A stretch of 30,912 bases of DNA from Acidimicrobiia bacterium (GTDB taxonomy: Bacteria; Actinomycetota; Acidimicrobiia; Spongiisociales; Spongiisociaceae), in assembly GCA_041576165.1 (NCBI GenBank), contig JBFGLM010000051.1, forward strand, positions 1-30,912. The letters are read 5' to 3'. Below the pieces are notes generated by a model. The model searched no databases and was not told the DNA's origin. It saw only the letters and a list, made by a program, of their open reading frames with translations. Of the stretch, positions 8,236-16,265 are shown piece by piece; the first letter of the stretch is position 1, and each line of letters opens with the position of its first letter. The position numbers were made by a program, and so were the translations under genes.

Positions 8236-8706
8236 TCAGGAGTCACCGGCTTTGAGCGCCAGCAACGTGGCCGTACCGAAGACGGCATGAGAGATCCAGG
8301 TACGAAACAGCTCGTACGGGCCCATCTGCCACAAGGCCTTGGAGATCTTGAAGGCCGGCATATAGCCCGCAAACGCAATCGCCCACACAACGGTGCCCCA
8401 CGACGTTCCTTTGACGACCGGATGCTCGATCCGGCGGTTGTGGGTCAGCAGCGCGAACACCGAACCCCAAAACGCCCCCGCCGCCAGGTGAGCGACCTCT
8501 CCCAGCCGGATGCGGGTCTCTACATCGAGCTTGGCGTCGGGCCGCGCCTTGTGGTGCACTGTCTCGACGACCGCCTCGTAGTGCATACGGGGGAGCGGCG
8601 CGGTCGGTTCGACCAACCGCCGCGTGGTGATGCTGATGCCCGCCATCGCCAGAACTCCCCAAGCTCCCGACATTGCACCTCGCAGTGCGCGTCCGATGAG
8701 CTGCAT
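8236..8706 (-). CDS. hypothetical integral membrane protein (DUF1440-like, two His-containing TM motifs)
   Basis: About four hydrophobic segments: GAMSGAWGVLAM, AHLAAGAFWG, WAIAFAGYMP, SHAVFG. AAGGA RBS before ATG8706. Confidence 0.7.
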   Translation of the reverse strand: MQLIGRALRGAMSGAWGVLAMAGISITTRRLVEPTAPLPRMHYEAVVETVHHKARPDAKLDVETRIRLGEVAHLAAGAFWGSVFALLTHNRRIEHPVVKGTSWGTVVWAIAFAGYMPAFKISKALWQMGPYELFRTWISHAVFGTATLLALKAGDS

Positions 8707-8820
8707 TCGACCGTCCTTCCGCCGGCGGCTGCTACTGATCCTAGGGCGGCGATCGTGCTCCCCACCCGAGTGCGTCTGGACGGGGTTCGGCGACCGACCA
8801 GCAGTCGATAATCTGCCGGC

Positions 8821-9087
8821 ATGTGTCGCAATATCCGGACCCTCCACAACTTCGAGCCCCCGGCCACAGCTGAGGAAGTCACGGCAGCAGCCCTTCAGTA
8901 CGTCCGCAAAGTGAGTGGGAGCCGCAATCCTTCCCGGGTCAACGAGGCTGCCTTCGCTGGCGCAGTCGCCGACATCGCGGCGGCCACCCAGATGCTCTTG
9001 GATTCACTGGTGACCAGCGCACCGCCCAAGAATCGCGAAGAAGAAGCGGCGAAAGCCCGGGCTCGCGCGCAGGGCCGTTACGGGTGA
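8821..9087 (+). CDS. DUF2277 domain-containing protein
   Basis: Diagnostic MCRNIRTLHNFEPPAT.EEV.AAALQYVRKVSG. TAATCT-6nt-ATG. Confidence 0.92.
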   Translation: MCRNIRTLHNFEPPATAEEVTAAALQYVRKVSGSRNPSRVNEAAFAGAVADIAAATQMLLDSLVTSAPPKNREEEAAKARARAQGRYG

Positions 9088-9110
9088 GGGCCGCCCGACC
9101 CGTCGGCCGC

Positions 9111-9593
9111 TCAGCGGCGCTCATGTCGGATGCGGATCACGCGCCCCGCGTTGGGGTGCGGAGGCAATGTGCGGTGGATCTCCATCAGACCGGCGAGCCG
9201 CTCCTGGACGTGGTCGGGAAAGGGAGTGCCGCGCCTTGTCTCGAGATCGACGTTCATGCTGAGGAGTTCGTTGGTCGCGACAACCCGACCCTGCCCATCG
9301 ACCATTTCATGGAGGTAGTGGATCCGCTTGTGGTCCCAATCGAGCATCCGGGTAGCGATCACCCCGGTGTCGCCTTCGAACAGCTCACCCAGGTAATCGG
9401 TGCTGGATGACAGCGTGAATAGCGACATGTCGTGCTTGGCGATGTATTCCTCGCCGACGCCGAGCCAGTCGAAGAACTCGTCTGTTCCTTTGACGTCAAA
9501 GGCCACCACGTAAAAGCCCATGTTCATGTGGCCGTTGTAATCGATCCATTCCGGCTCAACCGTGAACCGCCACTCGGGGATCGGCGCCGCCAT
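9111..9593 (-). CDS. thioesterase family protein (4HBT/FcbC-like hotdog)
   Basis: V.PEWIDYNGHMNMGFY, D.KRIHYLHEM. TACGTT-7nt-ATG9593. Confidence 0.88.
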   Translation of the reverse strand: MAAPIPEWRFTVEPEWIDYNGHMNMGFYVVAFDVKGTDEFFDWLGVGEEYIAKHDMSLFTLSSSTDYLGELFEGDTGVIATRMLDWDHKRIHYLHEMVDGQGRVVATNELLSMNVDLETRRGTPFPDHVQERLAGLMEIHRTLPPHPNAGRVIRIRHERR

Positions 9594-9637
9594 GGGTAGC
9601 AACGTAGTCGCTCGTGCGACGGCAGCAGCAATCCGTT

Positions 9638-9940
9638 CTATCTAGGGAATCGTTCGAGATCGATCGCGTCCAGCACGGTCCTGAGCGGACCAGAGGCGGG
9701 TCGCTTTTCCAACCACCGGCCGCCCCCGAACAGGCGTTGCACCTGCCAGGTGCCTGTGTCACGTCGGTATCGAAGCCGGACGATCGACCGAGTGCGCAAC
9801 CCGGCAGCTTGGGGCAGCTCTTCGGTGACGTTGACTTGCAGGCCCCGGGCGCGCACCGCAACTCGGGCACCGTCACCTCGATCGGGATACGACGCCGAAG
9901 CCCACTGCTCGATCTGGGCGATGTCATCAGGGCTGATCAC
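9638..9940 (-). CDS. hypothetical protein, DUF3024-like
   Basis: IAQIEQWA...RV.V.ARG..V.V.E...IVRLRY..DTGTW...L..ID pattern. TACGAT-7nt-GTG. Confidence 0.6.
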   Translation of the reverse strand: MISPDDIAQIEQWASASYPDRGDGARVAVRARGLQVNVTEELPQAAGLRTRSIVRLRYRRDTGTWQVQRLFGGGRWLEKRPASGPLRTVLDAIDLERFPR

Positions 9941-10119
9941 GCTGATGATCGTATTCCCGATCAGGTGGCATCGGGCGCCGAAGCAACCTCGCAGCCATGG
10001 TCGCGCGAGTGCTCATCGCCGGCGGCTATGGAAACCGCCGAACACGTGAAGAGGCGCTTCAGCAGGCCTGATGCGGAGTGGCAGGTACGCAGATGCGCCG
10101 GAGCGGCGCGGCTATGCAG

Positions 10120-10893
10120 TCAATCTGGCCGATTCTTCACGGCTTGGCGACAGCCACCCACCACCAAAGCCTGGTGGGACGAGTCGTGCAAGGAGTATTC
10201 GCCGTCGTAACCAGTCATCTGGGTGGAGCAGCCCCGGACTATGCGAGCCACGACGGTGGCTGCGCCGACGTAGAAACCGGCCGCGTAGGCGGGCCCGTTG
10301 GGCGGACCCATCGGCATAGCATCGCCCCACCCGGCATTGATCCCCCGCGCGGTGCCGTTGAGGGGGCGCACCCGCTGTCGGTGAGAACGGCATCACCGAC
10401 GCCGCACCCCACATTGAACTGCGCCCACCCGCCGTAGCCCGGCTCACTGTGACGTTGGACGAACCGGCAAAGGTGTATCTGCCCCCCCACCCGTAACCGT
10501 GAAGCGCCGCAGCAGGGTGAGAAACACCGTCGGTGTAGTCGCCGCAGACGCCGTCGCCGGGCAGGCCAAGGTTGACCAGCCCGTTCACGCTGGTGTTGAT
10601 GAGCCGAACGTTGCGGGCCGCGTCCATCTTGCACGCGATCGCTCCCTTGTTGACGTGGACCATCGAGTCGCCGTTGCACAGATACGTCGCACCGATGTCA
10701 GCCAGTGTCCGCGACCCGGCGCGTGCTCGACCCAGTCGCTGAGCGGTTGCGAGATGTTCAGCCGAGCGATGTCCAGCTGACCGGAGCCATTATCGCCATT
10801 CAATGCGGCCTTGGCCACGCAGGCTTGCGCGTTGGCCACGGGATTACCCGTGTATGTCGCCCGGGGACCGGCGAGCCGTTCTGAGATCAGCCC
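10120..10893 (-). pseudogene. 5'-truncated, multiply frameshifted remnant of a probable beta-helix-type protein
   Basis: Protein-like text continues across frames: ATYTGNPVANAQACVAKAAL...DWVE | TLADIGATYLCNGDSMVHVNKGAIACKMDAA...YTFAGSSNV | VLTDS | INAGWG...AAGFYVG. No start codon between the rhodanese stop and the beginning of this text. Confidence 0.6.
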
Positions 10894-11289
10894 TCAGGCT
10901 TGAATGGGCGGCACGACTGGGAGCCCTTGGCGTTGCCACTCGCGAAAGCCGCCGATCATGTCGACTGCGCTCGAATGTCCCAGCAGCCGCAGGTTGCGGG
11001 CGCTGAAACTCGAGGCATAGCCGTCATTGCACATCGTGATCAGCTGTGCCCCGCTCGTGAGTCGATCGTCGCTGGCGCCGCTGCGAGGATCGGCTCGCCA
11101 CTCGAGCACGGCCATCGCCGCATGCACGGATCCCTCGATCGTGCCTTCTCTCCGTCGGTCGTCGTCACACCGCAGGTCAATGAGCACCGCCCCGTCGGCG
11201 ATGGCCTGGAAGGCCTCGGCGGCAGTCAGGCGGCCGATCTGTCGGCGTGCCTCGGCGAGGAGATCGTCCACGGTTCTCGCCCGCACCAT
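10894..11289 (-). CDS. rhodanese-like domain protein
   Basis: GAVLIDLR, LEWRADP, catalytic MCNDGYASS, DMIGGFREW..GLP. TATTCT-6nt-ATG11289. Confidence 0.88.
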   Translation of the reverse strand: MVRARTVDDLLAEARRQIGRLTAAEAFQAIADGAVLIDLRCDDDRRREGTIEGSVHAAMAVLEWRADPRSGASDDRLTSGAQLITMCNDGYASSFSARNLRLLGHSSAVDMIGGFREWQRQGLPVVPPIQA

Positions 11290-11401
11290 CCCAACAGAAT
11301 ACTCCCGGCTGCGGCCTCTGGTTACCAGGAAGATCCGCATTTTGGCCGACGCGGACGCCATCCGGCTCGGCGTCTCCGGCGCTGGGAAAACGTCCTGCCG
11401 A

Positions 11402-11743
11402 TCAGGCGGTTGCCGGTGCCTCCGACCAGTCGCCCAGGGCCCGGCGGACCTCGGCGAGGCGTTCGGGCCGCAGTCGGAACCACGCCCATTTCCCGCGTTG
11501 TTCTCTCTCGCATATTCCGGCCTCGACCAGCTGCTTGAGGTGATGGCTCACGGTGGGTTGAGCCCGGCCCAGCGCGTCGGGAAGGTCGCACGCGCAGAGC
11601 TCACCATCCGGCGCTGCCGCCACGAGTGAGACGATTCTCAGGCGGACCGGGTCAGCCAGGGCGCTCAGCACCTCGGCCAGAGCCCTGGCGTCCGGTTCGT
11701 CAATGGGTCCGTCGACCACGCAGCAAAGATTAGGTTCAGACAC
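11402..11743 (-). CDS. arsR: ArsR/SmtB family metalloregulator
   Basis: ALADPVRLRI, ELCACDL, QPTVSHHLKQL, REQRGKWAWF, N-terminal CC. Likely start GTG11743. Confidence 0.9.
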   Translation of the reverse strand: MSEPNLCCVVDGPIDEPDARALAEVLSALADPVRLRIVSLVAAAPDGELCACDLPDALGRAQPTVSHHLKQLVEAGICEREQRGKWAWFRLRPERLAEVRRALGDWSEAPATA

Positions 11744-11750
11744 AACAACA

Positions 11751-11799
11751 TATTGACATATGTCGATTTGAAATGCTATCGTATTGGTATCCATCAATA
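11751..11799. promoter_or_regulatory. divergent arsR/arsI promoter-operator
   Basis: AT-rich. Palindrome TTGACATATGTCGA (11753-11766) and TATTG-N8-CAATA (11782-11799). Plus-strand TTGACA-N18-TATCGT with an extended TG. GAGGAG RBS at 11801. Confidence 0.7.
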
Positions 11800-11812
11800 T
11801 GAGGAGTAGGAC

Positions 11813-12238
11813 GTGCGCCTGCAATTCGCTCTCAATGTGACCGACCTCGAAGAGGCCATTGGCTTCTACTCGAAGATGTTCGGAACCGAGCCCGCCAAGG
11901 TCCGACCTGGTTACGCCAACTTCGCGATCGCCGAGCCGCCTCTCAAGTTCGTGCTGTTCGAGACAGCTGAGGGCGGCGGCACAATCAACCACCTCGGCGT
12001 GGAAACCGAGACCGCGGACGAAGTGCACACTGCTGAGCGTCGGCTCCGCGCGGCGGGCATCGACACGTCGGGTATTGACGAGACCATGTGTTGCTACGCG
12101 GACAAGACCGAGACGTGGGTCGAGGCGCCTGACGGGCTGCGATGGGAGTGGTACGTCAAGACCGGCGACAATGAGCAGTTCGAGCCCGTTTCGGTTGGTG
12201 ATGCGGAGGCAGTGTCCTCCGGAAGCGGATGCTGCTGA
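11813..12238 (+). CDS. arsI: ArsI/CadI family VOC-fold metalloenzyme (C-As lyase-like)
   Basis: LQFALNV, PAKVRPGYANF, NHLGVE, vicinal CCYA, PDG.RWEWY, C-terminal CC. Confidence 0.88.
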   Translation: MRLQFALNVTDLEEAIGFYSKMFGTEPAKVRPGYANFAIAEPPLKFVLFETAEGGGTINHLGVETETADEVHTAERRLRAAGIDTSGIDETMCCYADKTETWVEAPDGLRWEWYVKTGDNEQFEPVSVGDAEAVSSGSGCC

Positions 12239-12280
12239 GCCCGGCGGCCTGCGATTGGGCCCGCGCCGGTGCCAACATGA

Positions 12281-12790
12281 TCAAGTAAGCCGCGACCGGT
12301 AGGTCGCAGCGAACTGTTGGTAGTGCATGACCCCCTCTTTCTGGCGTTCGATCTCATCGGGAGTCAGGTCACGGACCGGTTTGGCCGGTGTCCCCATCGC
12401 CAACGTCCACGGTGGAATCTCGCTGCCTTCGGTGAGGATCGCTCCGGCTGCCAGCCATGAGCCTTCCCCCATCGTTGAGTTGTTGAGCAACAAGCTCCCG
12501 ATTCCGATCAGGCACCCGTCGCCCACGGTAGCCCCATGGACCACAGCCGCGTGCCCCACCGTCGCGTTGCGTCCAATGGCGCAGGGCACACCCTGGTCGG
12601 CGTGCACCACGCAGTTGTCCTGGAGGTTGGTCCTGGCGCCGATGGTTATCCGGTCGAGCTCGGCCCGGATGACGGTCCCGAACATGATCACCGCCTCCCG
12701 CCCCACGCTGATATCTCCGTAGAGGTGCGTTCCGGGCGCGACGTAGGCGCTGGGGTCGATTGTGGGTGAGGCGAGTTGCAGTGGTTCCAT
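12281..12790 (-). CDS. gamma carbonic anhydrase family protein
   Basis: TNLQDNCVVHAD, TVGHAAVVHG, hexapeptide repeats, G.PAKPVR.L. Start ATG12790. Confidence 0.9.
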   Translation of the reverse strand: MEPLQLASPTIDPSAYVAPGTHLYGDISVGREAVIMFGTVIRAELDRITIGARTNLQDNCVVHADQGVPCAIGRNATVGHAAVVHGATVGDGCLIGIGSLLLNNSTMGEGSWLAAGAILTEGSEIPPWTLAMGTPAKPVRDLTPDEIERQKEGVMHYQQFAATYRSRLT

Positions 12791-12887
12791 GCTGCGGGAA
12801 GCTACCCGGGACGGGTCCACCGGCGATGTAGAGATCGTTGACGCGCCCACGGGTAGGCTGCACGCCGTCCGAGCTGAGGTGAACCCG

Positions 12888-13412
12888 TTGCAACAGAGCA
12901 CACTGCTCACGGATGCGTATTCTCGCGTTCAGGAATTGGTCCACATTGCCGCCGATGGGCTCGATGCGGATGGTCTGGCCTACCGCCCGGAGCCTGGTGC
13001 GAATTCGATCGCGTGGCTGGTCTGGCACCTGACCCGGATCCAGGATCACCACGTCTCCGAGATCGCCGGCTGGGACCAGGCATGGATCGCCGGTGGATGG
13101 GCCGAGCGGCTGAACATGGAGCCGGATCCGGCCAACACGGGCTTTGGACATACACCGCAACAGGTGGGCGCGATCACACCGGAAGCGCCGGACGGCCTGC
13201 TCGCCTACCACGATCACGTAGCCGTCCGCACCTTCGACTATCTGCCCGCAGTCGATACGGAAGGTGAACTCGATCGGATCATCGACCGTCGGTACGATTC
13301 GCCGGTCAGTGTGGGGGTGCGACTGGTCAGCGTGATCAGCGACAACATTCAACACGCCGGTCAGGCGCGGTATCTCCGCGGCATCGTGGACCGCCTGGCC
13401 CAGTCCGGCTGA
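12888..13412 (+). CDS. DinB superfamily / mycothiol transferase-like (DUF664) protein
   Basis: ANSIAWLVWHLTRIQDHH, TGFGHT, VSVGVRLVSVISD.IQHAGQA.YLRG. GAGGTGA before TTG12888; alternative start GTG12879. Confidence 0.85.
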   Translation: MQQSTLLTDAYSRVQELVHIAADGLDADGLAYRPEPGANSIAWLVWHLTRIQDHHVSEIAGWDQAWIAGGWAERLNMEPDPANTGFGHTPQQVGAITPEAPDGLLAYHDHVAVRTFDYLPAVDTEGELDRIIDRRYDSPVSVGVRLVSVISDNIQHAGQARYLRGIVDRLAQSG

Positions 13413-13433
13413 CCCATGCGTCGAAACACCAGC

Positions 13434-16229
13434 TCAGCCGGACGCGGCCACGAGTTCCAGAATGTCGTCTCCGTACTGCTCCAGCTTGGACGCGCCGATG
13501 CCAGGAACCGAGATCAGGGCCCGCTCGCTGGCGGGCCTGCGGGCGGCGATTGCTTCGATGGTCGCATCGTGCAACACGACATAGGCCGGTACGCCGAGAC
13601 GCTGACATGTCTCCCGTCGCCACACTTTGAGCGCTTCGACCAGCTGCGCGTCTGGCGAATCGGACGGGGCGGGCTCCGGGAGGCCCACTGTGTGTATGTC
13701 GGCAGCCGGCACAATCAGTTCCGCTCCAGAGTCGAGGCGCACCGAGATTGCTGAGCCGTTCACAGCAACGACGGTCCCGGCATAGCCGCCGCTGAGCGTC
13801 ACCTGGTCGCCTGTGAATACGTGGCGGCTAGACCTCGTCCGCAGGCCGGACCGCGGGGCGTCCGCGACCACCGCCTCCTTCCGCGGAGCAGACCCGTCCA
13901 GCTCCTTTGTGAACCGGCTCGGCCGGGCGGCGTCCGCCAACACGACCGTCTGGTCGGTCGCTCTGGTGATAGAAACGTGAAATACCCTTCGCTCCTCCTC
14001 GGTGTCGGTCGAGAGCTCGTGCGGCATGGCCCCTCGATCCGCACCGAAGACGATCACCCGCCGCCATTCCATGCCTTTGACGCGATGGATGGACGACAGG
14101 GTGACGCCGTCAGGTTGGGGGTGGTGGGCCGTCACATCGCGCAACCAGGATTCGAAGTCATCCAGCCGGGGGTGGATGGCGGCTGCTCGTCGCACAGCAA
14201 TCAGATCGTCGAGGTGGCTGGAGCGTGAAGCGTTCGAGCGACCGGCGTCCAGCGTGCGGGCCGACCCGGCCAGGCCGATCTCGTCGACGAGGACGGCAAG
14301 GGTGCTCACCGCATCGCCGCCCGCCGCGATCTGGGATGCCATCGCCAGGTCGTCGACAAACCGGGCCCAACGGTCTGCCTGTTTGGGCTCCAGCCGCTCA
14401 GTGATCAGGGCCAGTTTCTCGAGATCGAGCCGCCGAGCAGTGACTAACTCTCGGGCCAGCCCCGTCAGTCCGCGGGCCGGGCGGCGGACCGCTTCCAGAA
14501 CATCGTGGCGGTCCATCTGGTCGGGACCCTGGACCAGCCGCAGCCAGGAGAACAGGGCACGCAATGTGGTCCGTTGAAGCGATTGATGTGTCAGGAGATC
14601 CGAGGTCGGGATGTCATGCTCGATCAGCGCGGCCTTGACCGGGATGAGAGCCGAGTTGACCCTGGTCAGCACGGCGATGTCCGTGGTTGCACACTCACCA
14701 TCCAGCATCTCCGCAATCAGATCCGCGGCCGACTCAGCCAGACGGTTGCCGTCTTCTAACCGCAGGTCCAGGGGAGCGCTGGGGCGCCGGGGATGGTCGA
14801 TGTCGACGGGAGGCGGTGCGGCCCGAATGGACTTGTCAATGCGCCGGTGGTTGTACGAGAGAAGGTGGGCGGCGCCCTCCACCACTGCCGGGGGACAGCG
14901 GTAGTTGGTCTCGAGCGCGTGGAGCTCGGCGCCCGGGAAGTACGCGTCGTAGTCGATGAGAAAGCCTGGATCGGCCCCTGCGTAACCGTAGATGACCTGG
15001 TCGTCGTCGCCGACTCCGAACACCTGGAGCTGCGGTGAGGCAACCAGACGGATCAGCAGCAGGTAGGCCGGGGTGAGATCTTGAAACTCGTCCACCAGCA
15101 CATGCCGGCAGCGGGCCTGCCAGCGAGCCCGCAATTCTGGATCGCGCAGCAGGGCTTCGATCGCCCCGTAGACCTGTTCACCGTGGTCGACCCTGCCCCG
15201 CCCATACATCCGTTTGCGATAGTCCTCGAACATCGACGCAAACCCTGGGACGTCATCCCGCTCCGCCTCTACCAGCTCCGGATCGGTCAGCCCGGCCCGC
15301 ACCTGGTCGAGACCCTCGAGATAAGGACCGATCGGGTCGGAGTTGGCTCGCCGGGGCACGCTCACCAGTCCGGAGATGATGCTGCGAACCTGAGGCTCGC
15401 CGATCAGCGCGAGTCCGGGGTGGGCATCGTTGAGAATGGCCCAGCCGAGCGAGTGGATCGTACGGACGGTTGCCCGGTCGGCTCCCAAGCGCTGGCGCAG
15501 CTCCTCGGCGGCCCGGGTGTTGTAGGCAACGGCGGTGATCGACAGAGGTTCGATCTGCCGCTGGGAAACCAGATGACGAAGCCGGGCTGCCAGAGTGCGG
15601 GTCTTGCCCGATCCGGCCGGTGCGATCACGCGGGCGGCGCCCCGAGGCTCGGCTACCGCCGCCAGCTGATCGTCCGCCAGCCGTTCGGCGGACGGGGGCA
15701 CGATTGGCGGCACCGGTGCCGCCAGGCCCATGTCGGCCGACTCGCCGTGGATGACGGTTTGGTCGATACCCTCCAGCGGGCGGCGGGGCCCGCCGTCGAT
15801 CCAGGCCGGAGAGCCGTCTTCCAGGATCACGTCGGCCGGCCCGCCTTCGATGGCATCGAGCCGGCGGCTGGCCTTGTGAGACCACCACCAGCGGAGCTCG
15901 CCGTCCCGTCCGTCGTAGTTGTTCGTGAACGCCAGGAACCGCAGCCGCTCGTGGGGAAACAGGAATTTCGCATCGAGCGTCCACGGCGCATCCGTGATGC
16001 TCTCTGCCATTGCGAGTGCGTCGTCCGGCGCGTCCCAGATCAGAACGATTGGCTCCCGTCCCATCCACACCCGATGCAGGCGATCGATCACCGCGGCCAG
16101 CTCTGCCGGGTCGGCGAGTGTGGCCTTGTCGAGCACGAGCCGGCTGTGCTCCGCCCACTGCCGCGGGACTTCCATCCCGGCCCGCACGACGACGCCCCGT
16201 CCAAGCTGTGGTGGTCCGGGTGCCGTCAT
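13434..16229 (-). CDS. uvrD2: ATP-dependent DNA helicase, UvrD2-like, with N-terminal extension and C-terminal HRDC
   Basis: APAGSGKT, LVDEFQD, VGDDDQVIYG, NYRC, SIHRVKGMEW, EERRVFHV..TRA, and HRDC (LKVWR...VPAYVVLHDAT...GIG.SKLEQYG). Confidence 0.9.
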   Translation of the reverse strand: MTAPGPPQLGRGVVVRAGMEVPRQWAEHSRLVLDKATLADPAELAAVIDRLHRVWMGREPIVLIWDAPDDALAMAESITDAPWTLDAKFLFPHERLRFLAFTNNYDGRDGELRWWWSHKASRRLDAIEGGPADVILEDGSPAWIDGGPRRPLEGIDQTVIHGESADMGLAAPVPPIVPPSAERLADDQLAAVAEPRGAARVIAPAGSGKTRTLAARLRHLVSQRQIEPLSITAVAYNTRAAEELRQRLGADRATVRTIHSLGWAILNDAHPGLALIGEPQVRSIISGLVSVPRRANSDPIGPYLEGLDQVRAGLTDPELVEAERDDVPGFASMFEDYRKRMYGRGRVDHGEQVYGAIEALLRDPELRARWQARCRHVLVDEFQDLTPAYLLLIRLVASPQLQVFGVGDDDQVIYGYAGADPGFLIDYDAYFPGAELHALETNYRCPPAVVEGAAHLLSYNHRRIDKSIRAAPPPVDIDHPRRPSAPLDLRLEDGNRLAESAADLIAEMLDGECATTDIAVLTRVNSALIPVKAALIEHDIPTSDLLTHQSLQRTTLRALFSWLRLVQGPDQMDRHDVLEAVRRPARGLTGLARELVTARRLDLEKLALITERLEPKQADRWARFVDDLAMASQIAAGGDAVSTLAVLVDEIGLAGSARTLDAGRSNASRSSHLDDLIAVRRAAAIHPRLDDFESWLRDVTAHHPQPDGVTLSSIHRVKGMEWRRVIVFGADRGAMPHELSTDTEEERRVFHVSITRATDQTVVLADAARPSRFTKELDGSAPRKEAVVADAPRSGLRTRSSRHVFTGDQVTLSGGYAGTVVAVNGSAISVRLDSGAELIVPAADIHTVGLPEPAPSDSPDAQLVEALKVWRRETCQRLGVPAYVVLHDATIEAIAARRPASERALISVPGIGASKLEQYGDDILELVAASG

Positions 16230-16265
16230 ACGGCCAGCGTAGGTTCCGGCCGTGACATTCGACGC

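Noticed and set aside
10112-10663. Intact 183-aa gene
   Set aside because: The protein-like sequence begins upstream of its ATG and leaves the frame near 10400. It is part of the pseudogene.
11744-12028. 208-aa long form of ArsR
   Set aside because: The extension is antisense to arsI and crosses the operator. The true start is about 11743.
12369-13355. 328-aa minus-strand ORF and similar long alternative ORFs (3067-3963, 15253-16464, 27975-28757, 20816-21565)
   Set aside because: They overlap well-supported genes or terminator hairpins, have biased Arg/Pro/Gly-rich composition and show no recognisable domains.
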